Source: Chloroflexota bacterium
GTDB taxonomy: Bacteria; Chloroflexota; UBA11872; VXOZ01
Assembly: GCA_965221905.1 (NCBI GenBank)
Contig: OZ244922.1
Span: forward strand, 2,400,001 to 2,464,000
Length of the DNA stretch: 64,000 nt
Reading direction: 5' to 3'
Numbering within the stretch: position 1 is the stretch's first letter; the number at the start of each line of letters is the position of its first letter. Below the pieces are notes generated by a model. It did not search any database. It was not told the DNA's origin and saw nothing but the letters and a program-made list of their open reading frames with translations. Shown piece after piece: positions 33,874 to 44,938 of this stretch. Made by a program: the position numbers and the translations under genes.

Positions 33874-34635
33874 CTAATCCGGCGCCACAATTGGGTTAGC
33901 GAGCGTGCCGATATTATCGATGAGAACCTCCACGCGATCGCCAACCTGCATCGGGCCAATGCCACTCGGCGTGCCCGTGATGATGACGTCGCCCGGCAGT
34001 AGCGTAAACGCTTGCGATACAAAGTGGACGATAAAGTCGGGTTTGAACACCATATCGGCCGTGTTGCTATCCTGTTTGATCTCGCCATTAAGCTTCGTCT
34101 GTATCCGCAAGCCAACCGGATCGATATCGTTTACGAGCACCGGCCCCAGTGGGCAAAACGTGTCCATCCCCTTTGCCCGTGCCCACTGCCCGTCCTGTTT
34201 CTGCAGATCACGCGCGCTGACGTCATTAGCACAGGAGTATCCGGCCACCACGCTCGGAGCGTCCTCTACGGAGACACGATGCGCCGTCTTGCCTATAATC
34301 ATCGCTAGCTCGCACTCATAGTCCAGCCGCGTAGTGAGGTGCGAATAGATTACGCCCTCTTCCGGGCCGATCACGGCTGTAGGCGGTTTCAAGAACAGCA
34401 TTGGTTCCTTCGGAATCTCCATACCGCTCTCTTCGGCGTGCAGCTTATAGTTCAAGCCGACACAGATAATTTTCGTCGGTGTTGCGGGCGGCAGGACGTG
34501 CAAGTCCCACGGCGCGAGAGTTCGAGTAGTCTTTACCCAACCCGTAAATGGATCGCCCAGCACCGGCGTCACACTGTCACCCTCGACAATGCCCCACGCC
34601 GCGCGGGAACCATCTTGATAGCGAACAAACTTCAC
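33874..34635 (-). CDS. Fumarylacetoacetate hydrolase family protein
   Basis: KIICVGLNY, DYECEL, NDVSARD, LPGDVIITGTP. Confidence 0.93.
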   Translation of the reverse strand: MKFVRYQDGSRAAWGIVEGDSVTPVLGDPFTGWVKTTRTLAPWDLHVLPPATPTKIICVGLNYKLHAEESGMEIPKEPMLFLKPPTAVIGPEEGVIYSHLTTRLDYECELAMIIGKTAHRVSVEDAPSVVAGYSCANDVSARDLQKQDGQWARAKGMDTFCPLGPVLVNDIDPVGLRIQTKLNGEIKQDSNTADMVFKPDFIVHFVSQAFTLLPGDVIITGTPSGIGPMQVGDRVEVLIDNIGTLANPIVAPD

Positions 34636-34840
34636 GTGCCACTCTCCTTTAGCTATTCATTTCCCCAGATTAGGATAGTCATTCCCGATGATAGATGCAA
34701 TGCGCAGTAAGCCGATCCGCTATGGATGGGCAAGCAGTGGTTGCTGACAGAGTCCAAATACTGAGTTGGCGGGGGCTCTTGAAATGAGTTGCCGCCACTT
34801 GAGTTCGCGCAGCCGGAGCGACCGCACTGTGCAATTACAT

Positions 34841-35788
34841 TCAAGAAAACGGCTGAATTGCGAGTTCTTGTCGGAAATATGCAATCGTCTCTGCCAAACC
34901 TTCTTCCAATGAGATTGCAGGATTCCAGCCCAGCCGATCTTGCGCCTTAGAAATGTCGGGACGGCGGCGCTTCGGATCATCGGCGGGCAGAGGCTTATGC
35001 ACGATGGGCACGTCGGTGCCGGTCAGGCGCACAATGATGTCCGCAAACTCGCGGATGGTGCGTTCATCAGGATTGCCAAGATTGATCACTTCCCCCTGCG
35101 TCTGGGCCGTGAACATGGCCGCTGCCATTCCGCGCACCAGGTCTCTCACGTAGCAGAACGAACGAGTCTGCATGCCATCCCCGTAAATCGTAATTGGCTG
35201 TCCCGACAATGCCTGCGCAACAAAATTCGGTACCACCCGCCCGTCGCCTGGATCATTGCGCGGTCCGTATGTGTTGAAGATGCGAATGATACGAGCATCC
35301 ACGTTGTGCTGGCGCACGTATTCCATGGTTAGGGCTTCACCGAAACGCTTCCCCTCGTCATAGCACGCCCGCGGCCCAACTGGGTTTACATTACCCCAAT
35401 ACGTCTCAGTCTGCGGATGCACTTGGGGATCGCCGTAGACCTCGGAAGTTGACGCAAAGAGGAATTTCGCGCCGTTCTCACGGGCTAGCGCCAGGAGTAC
35501 ATCTGTGCCGACGGAATTGACGCGCAACGTCTCAAAAGGATGACGCAGATAGCCTTCAGGACTGGCGGGGCTGGCGAGGTGAAATACCGCGTCTCCCTGC
35601 CAAGCGAACGCCTCGGTCACATCCCTTTCGAGCAGAGAGAACCTGTTATTCGCCGCTAGATGGGCAACATTCTTAGCGCGTCCGGTAATGCAGTTATCAA
35701 CGGCAGTGACAGAGTGCCCCTGCGCGATAAGGTAATCACAGAGATGGGATCCGATAAAACCCGCCCCACCCGCGACCAATATCCTCAC
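34841..35788 (-). CDS. UDP-glucuronate decarboxylase-like NAD-dependent epimerase/dehydratase
   Basis: GGAGFIGSHL, ASTSEVYG, YDEGKR, RIFNTYGP, DDPKRRRPDI. Confidence 0.92.
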   Translation of the reverse strand: MRILVAGGAGFIGSHLCDYLIAQGHSVTAVDNCITGRAKNVAHLAANNRFSLLERDVTEAFAWQGDAVFHLASPASPEGYLRHPFETLRVNSVGTDVLLALARENGAKFLFASTSEVYGDPQVHPQTETYWGNVNPVGPRACYDEGKRFGEALTMEYVRQHNVDARIIRIFNTYGPRNDPGDGRVVPNFVAQALSGQPITIYGDGMQTRSFCYVRDLVRGMAAAMFTAQTQGEVINLGNPDERTIREFADIIVRLTGTDVPIVHKPLPADDPKRRRPDISKAQDRLGWNPAISLEEGLAETIAYFRQELAIQPFS

Positions 35789-36053
35789 GGAATGCTCTAC
35801 TTTGCTGGTTGTCCACGACACGCGCGCTCATTGTAACATGCGCTCAATCCGGTCGTCCGCATGCACTATCTCTCTGCGTCGCGTACCTCGTTGACCATTG
35901 CGATAGGAGAAACGTGCCGTCTCAATGGGTCCCGTGCTTAATGTTGAGCGAACTACCGTATTAGCCGGGAGAGCTAAACAGACCGGGCCCTCAAAGCGTC
36001 ATCTGAAATGTCGGCACGTTCTATGGCACATGTGGAAATAGTGTAGTGAACAG

Positions 36054-36083
36054 TTGACTAATATGATGAAGGGGTGGTAAGAT
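36054..36083 (+). promoter_or_regulatory. 16S rRNA promoter
   Basis: TTGACT (36054-36059), 18-nt spacer, TGg-TAAGAT extended -10. Confidence 0.65.
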
Positions 36084-36216
36084 GATTTTTGCCTGTTTAT
36101 TAGCAGGTGGTTCTTTAACAGGTGAAGAGTGATGAAGGTAAAGGTGTTTATCGTAGGAGAGCGAGGGCCTAGCTTTTCCGGGATGAGGCGGTTTCAGTTA
36201 TTCTGTTATCCCTTTT

Positions 36217-37747
<1,531 letters not shown>

Positions 37748-37954
37748 CTAGGGTTTACTACCCATGACCTCCTGTCCCATCTAAATGCTTTCCCAACCTC
37801 TCCAACTTACACCCCCTTCATCACCCTCCACCTGCTAACCCAGCCACCTTTCACCATTCCAGACACTCTCCTAACCAATCTACCCCTCTCCACATGAGGG
37901 GTTCTTCTTTTCTATCCCCCCAGCCATCTCCCTACGGAAACCTTTGCGATGCCC

Positions 37955-38115
37955 CTTCCCCCGTCAAGGGGGAAGATGGGGATGAGGATGAAAAGGGCCT
38001 CACTCCAAGTTTCCAAACACTTTCCGCCTCCCCCTGGTTTCCGGCTTTCGCCGGAAAGACAGAGCTATGCATCGGGCTGCAAGTCCGCGCATGCCCCGTA
38101 CCCCGGATACGGGGG
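37955..38115. repeat. Cluster of REP-like palindromes in the 16S-tRNA spacer
   Basis: CTTCCCCC-GTCAA-GGGGGAAG (37955-37975), CTGGTTTCCGGCTTTCGCCGGAAAGAC (38034-38060), CCCCGTA...TACGGGG (38094-38114). Confidence 0.6.
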
Positions 38116-38440
38116 TCTCCAACAAGCAAGCATACAGACCCCGCAAGTGTGATCATCTCTTCCCCATCCAAGTAGCTGTCCATTGCCCGCTCCTATCTTC
38201 GTTCCCACCTTTCCTCTCCACCCTATCCACGTACTTCGGTGGGTGAGACACAGTTGTGCAAGCACCTCCATGGCATCGAACTACCCACCATGCAGCGGCT
38301 TGGCAGAGTTGCATACCGGCGTTTGCTGCGCTATATTCCTCCTGTGAGAAATGCGCTTTGCCTGCCACTAAATTGGCGACGTGCAGGCCAAGCCAAGGGT
38401 GGTACAATAAACAATAGACTGGCTTTACAGCGTATTCTGC

Positions 38441-38517
38441 GGGCCACTAGCTCAGTTGGTTAGAGCGCGCCCCTGATAAGGGCGAGGTCTGTGGTTCAAA
38501 TCCACAGTGGCCCACCA
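38441..38517 (+). tRNA. tRNA-Ile(GAT)
   Basis: Cloverleaf GGGCCAC...GTGGCCC-A-CCA, anticodon loop CT-GAT-AA, GTTCAAAT T-loop. Confidence 0.97.
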
Positions 38518-38734
38518 CGACGGCAGCGACACAACAGCCTCTCAGCATGTGCGGCACGGGCCGGTTCGGGTAGCAGAGAGATAGTTTTCACCGAGACGCC
38601 ATAGTGATTTCCGCCCTTAATGCACTAGAGATTTTCGGCTGACACGAACCAATGCGCCCATCGCGTCGCGAGTGCTCTGGGCCTGTTGTGAGTGTTTTGA
38701 TGCGCCTTAAGCGCACTGCGCGGCTGCCGGTCAC

Positions 38735-38810
38735 GGGGATGTAGCTCAGTTGGGAGAGCACCTCCTTTGCAAGGAGGGGGTCAGGAGTTCGAGTCTCCTC
38801 ATCTCCACCA
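38735..38810 (+). tRNA. tRNA-Ala(TGC)
   Basis: GGGGATG...CATCTCC-A-CCA with G3:U70, anticodon loop TT-TGC-AA. Confidence 0.97.
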
Positions 38811-39150
38811 GCGAATTTCAAAACGAAAGACTCTACGCCGGCATGGGTGAGAGGTGGCATGTAGTGGAACAAGACTATCTAGCTCAAACCTGTCGTGAGC
38901 AAGTGCAATTCGACGACATGCCCTTCCTTAATTCTGCAAATTCGGGGCCAATTGGCGTCATTCCCTTCACCACGAACAGATGTGGGGCGATTACTGCTCT
39001 GCAGATTGAACCCGAGCCAATTGAGTGCTCCAGCAACTAGACCGAAGCCAAATCTTGTCGAGACAGAACCAATTTGCTTTTGACTTGCTAAAGAGAGCCA
39101 ACTTGCATCTAATCTCTCAGAAGGCAGTCATCTTGGAATAATCGCTTATC

Positions 39151-40677
39151 GTGAGGATTGAGATGGTCACAGTTTCGGCGAAAGACTTCGGACCTATCAT
39201 TAGAGGAACCGTAGACCTAAAGCCGCTGACGATATTCATGGGCCGGAGCAACACGGGAAAGTCATTCATGGCTACAGCCATCTATGCCCTGATGACTGCC
39301 CTTTTCGAAGATGAGCCGGCCCTATACTCGTACGGTATGGGGATAACAGGGCGACACTTTTGGTCACTTCGAAGGTCGTTTGCATTTAGGGCACTGAAAT
39401 ACAAGCAGGAAGCTATTTCTCTTGCGATGCGAGATCTCCTCGAGTGGGCAGGGTCGCAGAGCGTGGATGACTTGGACACTGATGAATTCTCGGTTTCCGA
39501 CCTACCCGAGAGAGTACAGGAACTGCTAGAGTCTTCGATCGGTGAATACCTTGATTCACTGGGGGACAATGTAATCCAGCGACTGGTTCAAACCTACGGG
39601 GAATCTTCTGGATTTGTTAGAAGGGGAGAAGAGCCAAGAGATCCTCGGTTGTCTATTGAGCGGGACAATCCAAGTTTACATCTTGACATCGATTTGTCTG
39701 CTGCAGACGGAGTTTTTCATGAGTATGATATTTCTGATTTGAAATTACGTACTTCCCTCTTGGATGACTTCCCCGTCGATGCACATTTAGGTGATGAGAA
39801 TGAGACCATCCTCTTCCAAAACGTATTCAATGTGTTTGTGTCTACACTGATAGAACAGACTCTAATTGGACTACCACAAAAGAGCTTTTACTTGCCAGCA
39901 GCACGATCTGGAATAGCCCAAGGACACAAAGTCTTAGCGGCTTCCCTAGTTCGGCAATCAAGAAGAATAGGACTTGAGCCAGTAAACATTCCAACACTGC
40001 CAGGTATCGCCACGGAATTTCTTAGCCACATTATTGGGCTTGATAGACGCTCGAGGGCCCGGCCAAAGCAAGAAGGACTGCGTGGAGCAATTGACTTCAT
40101 TGAAAGAGAAGTCCTGCAAGGAAAGGTTTCCTTGGACGATTCCGGCGGTCTGCCCTATCCCGAGATCGTATACGAACAGACAGGGGTCCAACCATCGCCC
40201 GGAACTTTCACACTTGATCACACCTCGTCCATGGTTTCAGAACTTGCGCCACTGGTCTTATTCCTCAAGTACTTGGTGGCAGAAGGGAGCTTATTGATTC
40301 TTGAAGAGCCCGAATCCCATCTACATCCAGGTGCTCAGCGACAAATGGCCCGTGGAATCGCTCGATTGGTCAATGCTGGAATACGAGTAATTATAACCAC
40401 CCACAGTGACATGCTTGTCGCACAGATAAACAACCTCTTGCGCCTCAGCAATGCTAACAGTCGTTGGATTAGGGAGCACGGATTTCAGACTCAAGATTGC
40501 TTGCGGCAAGACCAAATCGGAGCATTCTTGTTTAAATATGACTCACAATTAGGAGGCAGCGTAATAAGTCCATTAGAGGTTGACCCTGAAACAGGTATAA
40601 ACGAAGAGGAGTTCGTTCGCGAAATTGAGCTCGTATACGATCAGACGATTGAGTTGCAGCGGACACACGAAGAGTGA
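39151..40677 (+). CDS. ABC-type (AAA_15/AAA_21-like) ATPase
   Basis: Walker A GRSNTGKS, LPAARSG, Walker B/D-loop LILEEPESHLHP, H-loop ITTHS. Confidence 0.88.
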   Translation: MRIEMVTVSAKDFGPIIRGTVDLKPLTIFMGRSNTGKSFMATAIYALMTALFEDEPALYSYGMGITGRHFWSLRRSFAFRALKYKQEAISLAMRDLLEWAGSQSVDDLDTDEFSVSDLPERVQELLESSIGEYLDSLGDNVIQRLVQTYGESSGFVRRGEEPRDPRLSIERDNPSLHLDIDLSAADGVFHEYDISDLKLRTSLLDDFPVDAHLGDENETILFQNVFNVFVSTLIEQTLIGLPQKSFYLPAARSGIAQGHKVLAASLVRQSRRIGLEPVNIPTLPGIATEFLSHIIGLDRRSRARPKQEGLRGAIDFIEREVLQGKVSLDDSGGLPYPEIVYEQTGVQPSPGTFTLDHTSSMVSELAPLVLFLKYLVAEGSLLILEEPESHLHPGAQRQMARGIARLVNAGIRVIITTHSDMLVAQINNLLRLSNANSRWIREHGFQTQDCLRQDQIGAFLFKYDSQLGGSVISPLEVDPETGINEEEFVREIELVYDQTIELQRTHEE

Positions 40678-41147
40678 CCCCAGTAAGAGTCCTAAAGAGA
40701 ATTCGCGAAATTCACGGTGACTGTTGCATCACAGACTCCTATGAAGACCGTGGTTGCAAAATCGATATACGTAGTTTAGGCAAGTCAGCACTTACAACGA
40801 TTCATGGAGATAAGCATCAAGAACTCCACGGTTTGGAAACAAAGCTCTGTGATCGTCTAGTATTTGGACAACGCGGCAAGATCTTCGTTTGCTCTGTCGA
40901 ACTGAAGGGCGGAAAAAACGTGGATGTCTCGAAGGCGATAACACAAGTCCAAGGTGGCTTGGATCTTGCAAGAGACCTGCTAAGCGCTCAGACTGAATGT
41001 GATTGGTACCCAATTCTGGCATACAGCGGTAGCTTGAGTGGCAAAGGGTTACAATTGTTGCGTGCTAAGACTGTGTCATTCCGCGGCAAGAAGAAGGTAG
41101 TGGTTCGCAAAGAGTGTGGGTTCAATCTACATAGTTACCTCTCTTAG
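40674..41147 (+). CDS. Small hypothetical protein, putative PD-(D/E)xK nuclease
   Basis: CD...VELKG...A..Q motif; GTGA overlap with the ATPase stop. Confidence 0.6.
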   Translation: MTPVRVLKRIREIHGDCCITDSYEDRGCKIDIRSLGKSALTTIHGDKHQELHGLETKLCDRLVFGQRGKIFVCSVELKGGKNVDVSKAITQVQGGLDLARDLLSAQTECDWYPILAYSGSLSGKGLQLLRAKTVSFRGKKKVVVRKECGFNLHSYLS

Positions 41148-41422
41148 ACTGACGCTATGGATTATTCCTAGATTGATTCAATGCGATCATTTACACGTCT
41201 TGGGGGAGAAACTGCGAGGAAGATTTGTTCCTCCGATTGGACAGAACTTTCGCGCTGGGGTGGCAGCTCTTATCCGGTAGCTGCTGTCAGTCTTGCCGCA
41301 GGCGAGCCCCAGAGTTGGATGGAGCGCCGCGTTGTCGCTGCCCAGATAGTCTTGAATATCCACCGACTCGGCAGACCCGACGTGTCTGTCCCAAACCGCC
41401 AAGATATGCGGGGCTATTCGCC

Positions 41423-42535
41423 ATGCTGAATCTCCCTCATGCCGATGTCGTTGGGAGCCTGATTAGACCACCGGAGCTACTCGCCGCGCGCGAGGAATTT
41501 GCGGCCGGGCGAATTTCGCCTTCGGAATTCAAGCGCGCCGAGGACGCCGCTGTCGATAGCGCCGTAGCTGCCCAGGAGGAGGCCGGACTTGAGATCCTCA
41601 CCGATGGCGAAATGCGCAGGCTCTCGTTCCAGAGTCAGATGCCCGAGGCAGTCGCAGGCTTTGGCGAGTTCGATATCGACGCGTTCCTCTGGGGCGATTG
41701 GCAGGGCGGCGAACGGGTAGGAAACTTGCGCAAGGAACGTCCTGCGACTCTGGGTGTCGTCGGTCCCCTCCAGCGGAAGCGCCACCTGTCGGCGGAGGAG
41801 TTCACCTACCTGCGCGGCCGCACCGCGCGCATAGCAAAGGTGACACTGCCGAGCCCCAGCCTGTTCGCCAACTTCTGGTCACCGGTGAAGTCTGCCGCAG
41901 CCTACCCCACGTTGGATGCGTTCTTGGCCGATGTCGCGCGGATAGTCCGTGGGGAGATCGAAGAGCTAATCAGGCTTGGGGCGACCTACATCCAACTCGA
42001 CGGTCCGCACTACCCACTCGTGCTGGATCCGGTGTGGGCGGCCTTCTACGAGGCCCAGGGTAGGTCTGCGGAGGACTGGATCGCCCAGGGCGTCGAGCTG
42101 GACAACGCCGTGATGGACGGTTTCTCGGAAGTAGTGTTCGCATTCCACCTCTGACGAGGGAACCAGGGCGGCCGTTGGCTGGTCGCAGGCAGTTACGACC
42201 GGATTGTTGAGCCGGTTCTCAAGCGCGTGAACGCGCAGCGGCTGATGCTGGAGTACGACGACCCACGCTCAGGCTCGTTCGAGCCTCTGCGCGGCGTGCC
42301 CAACGACAAGCTAGTGGCGCTTGGGCTGGTCACGACCAAGTCACCGCGCGCGGAGACCCCATCCGAGCTTGAGTCTAGGATCGCCGAGGCTGCCCGCCAC
42401 TTCCCTCTCGAGCAACTCGCCATCAGTCCTCAGTGCGGGTTCGGCTCATCCATCGTCGGCAATCCGCTTTCGATCGAGCAGCAAAACGCAAAACTCCGCA
42501 TCGTCGCCGAGACCGCCCGCAACGTTTGGGCGTAA
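41423..42535 (+). CDS. Cobalamin-independent methionine synthase II (MetE-like, single-barrel) family protein with in-frame UGA at codon 244 (putative Sec)
   Basis: ADVVGSLIRP, TDGEMRR, YIQLDGP, HL-[TGA]-RGN, LEYD, LGLVTTK, SPQCGF all in one frame. Confidence 0.85.
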
Positions 42536-42813
42536 ACTTTCCCGTCATGTTTACCATCGACTCACAGAGGGTCCCTTCCTCGGTGCCGTATAGCGGCCTT
42601 GGTAACGACCACCCACACCGTGACCCATAGTTTCTTGAACTGCCTATCGGAGCGGAGCAATGACATATACTCGTTCGGTATACCCCGCCTTCTATTCTTC
42701 CCTTTCTGGTATTGCATTGTTTCATGCATCGCCGGCCCAATTTCCCAGTGGCCCACCACCAAAAGCAGTGCCGGCATTCAGTAACCATTACCCTGTTATT
42801 CCAGCCGCCGCAC

Positions 42814-42889
42814 GGGAATGTAGCTCGGTTGGGAGAGCACCTCGTTTGCAAGGAGGGGGTCAGGAGTTCGAGTTTCCTCATCTCCACCA
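42814..42889 (+). pseudogene. Degenerate copy of tRNA-Ala(TGC)
   Basis: 72/76 identical to 38735-38810; changes hit the acceptor stem, A14, the anticodon stem and T-stem C61. Confidence 0.85.
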
Positions 42890-43168
42890 AACTGGACAAG
42901 ATTGCGAGCTTCCGTGTTGAGTTCGTTCTGGACCTCTAAGCCGCTGTTCTGCCCCGATAGGTTCCAATGAGCGTGGCAGTAAACTCCGAGAGGAAGTGGT
43001 CGCGCAGGAAGAAGCGAGCGGCAATGAACTTTGGAACGTCTCCCACAGGGAGGAGATTATTGGCAACCCTCCGCCAGCTCTCGGCTTGGCGAAGGTCGCA
43101 CCGCTAGTTCAGCGACAAGGAATAGCTATTGCTACTGTATAACGTGCAGGATCACAGGTTGTGGGTGT

Positions 43169-43858
43169 ATGACTGAACGCGAGCCGATTGAGGCTGTCAA
43201 GAACAAAGCCTATTGGCTAATCGAGCGCGTCGATGCAGCCCTAGAGGCTGGTGAGATTGACGAGTCCGAGTGGCACCGGCGTATCAGCGAATTCATCACG
43301 CACGCATATCTCTCTGCGGATACTCCCTGGAGTCAGTCCGGCAAGAGCGGGGACGTGCGGTCATGGGACTACGCACGGAGCCTCGTCTGCGACGCTATCC
43401 ACAAGGACGGCTCGTTCCTGGACGTCGGCTGCGCCAACGGATTCCTGATGGAGTGCGTCAAGAGGTGGGCGGCATTGAGGGGCCGCATAGTCGACCCGTA
43501 CGGTCTCGACATCTCGGTGGAGTTGGCCGACTTCGCCCGTAGTCGGCTGCCCGCTTGGGCCACAAGAATTCATACGGGAAACGTCCTGACGTGGCAACCC
43601 CCTCGGAGGTTCGACTTTGTGCGGACGGGATTAGAGTACGTACTGCCCCAACGGCGGCGCGAACTCCTGCAACGGCTCCTCGGCAAGTTTCTCGTTGAAG
43701 ACGGACGTCTCATTGTCGGAACCTACTACGGAGAGAGCCATGGGCCTGACTTGCTTGAAAAGGAACTCTCGGATTGGGGATTCACAGTGGCCGGGTCTAC
43801 GAGCCGCCCTCATCGCGACGATCGCCTCGTCTACCGCGTCCTGTGGATCGACAACTAA
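43169..43858 (+). CDS. Class I SAM-dependent methyltransferase
   Basis: FLDVGCANG, GLDIS, RFDFV. Confidence 0.85.
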   Translation: MTEREPIEAVKNKAYWLIERVDAALEAGEIDESEWHRRISEFITHAYLSADTPWSQSGKSGDVRSWDYARSLVCDAIHKDGSFLDVGCANGFLMECVKRWAALRGRIVDPYGLDISVELADFARSRLPAWATRIHTGNVLTWQPPRRFDFVRTGLEYVLPQRRRELLQRLLGKFLVEDGRLIVGTYYGESHGPDLLEKELSDWGFTVAGSTSRPHRDDRLVYRVLWIDN

Positions 43859-44070
43859 TCTCCTCCTATTTGGGGACCAGCCCGGCGGTCCTCGCTTCTT
43901 GACCTCAACGCGCTAGTCGCCGCCCGGCCCATGAGGACCGTCGGTGGCCTCGCAGTCCCATCCTCATCTCAAACATAATTCTGCCTACAGTCAACTCTAG
44001 CCCACCAATTCAGCACACCGACTCTCGTGGGTCGACAGGCCAGAGAAACAGGCCGGTTGGATATCCAACT

Positions 44071-44664
44071 ATGAGAATCAAAATTACCTCAGGCCTGCGC
44101 AATCAGCCACCTGCGTTTTGGGTCAATCTTGGCGTAAAGGTCGTCTTGATCACCTTGCTAGCGTTCGGCGCCTTCTCAGGACTGCAGCAATTCGAAGGTA
44201 AGGCTTTTGTCTGGCGGCTAGCCACCTACCCAAATGCAGCCTTTGTGGTCCCCGTCATTTGGGTAATACGAGCGCGAGGATCGCATTACCCGTACGCCGC
44301 GGACATCCTGCTCGCCCTGCCATTCCTCATCGACGCTATCGGCAATGCCGTGGATTTCTATGACTCCATCTGGTGGTGGGATGACGTGAACCACCTCGCA
44401 ATCTGGGCGCTGCTCTCCGGGGCTGTCGGCGCTTTGGCCTGGAGAAGCAACGTCCGCCCATGGCAGACCCTGGCGTTTGTCGTGGGATTCGGTGCGGTAA
44501 CCGCAATCCTGTGGTAAATCGAAGGGTACTTTGCCTTCATCCGCTTCTCATCAGAACTTGAAACAGCCTACGTCGACACACTGGGCGACATGTCTTTGGG
44601 CCTGACCGGCGCGGTCTAGGCCGGACTGTTTGCCGCCCTGGCTCCTCACCGCAAGCAGTCATGA
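44071..44664 (+). pseudogene. Membrane protein gene broken by two nonsense codons
   Basis: Hydrophobic ORF with WWWDDVNH continues past TAA 44515 as W*IEGYFAFIR...DTLGD, then TAG, then TGA 44662. Confidence 0.65.
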
Positions 44665-44938
44665 TTGCCATGCGCTTGAGAAAGCTCTACAGGTTTTAGC
44701 GTCTTGCTGAGGAAGCTCCCGCAACCATCACACCGTTAGCCTTAAACGCTCAGGTGTCCTATGGTCGACAAGGCGTGGACCTATCTGTTGCCTGGGTAAC
44801 GATTGCACATCGTAGAAGGATGGAATTACACTATGGTTGCGGATTTCTAGACTTACTTGGGGCCTTGCCGTAGGCTAGATATAGACCCGAGGCACGAGCC
44901 GAAAACAGCAATCACGAGATGATTACCCGGAGAGTAGA

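Noticed and set aside
38811-39150. Short ORFs between tRNA-Ala and the ATPase
   Set aside because: No recognisable motif or ribosome-binding site; cannot be supported as genes.
42814-42889. Second tRNA as a functional recoding or Sec tRNA for the nearby UGA
   Set aside because: Anticodon is still TGC, there is no long variable arm, and the substitutions are destabilising; it is not selC.
44515-44619. Stop-codon recoding (Pyl or read-through) in the membrane gene
   Set aside because: Two different stops (TAA then TAG) fit ordinary nonsense decay; TAA is not recoded in known bacterial systems.
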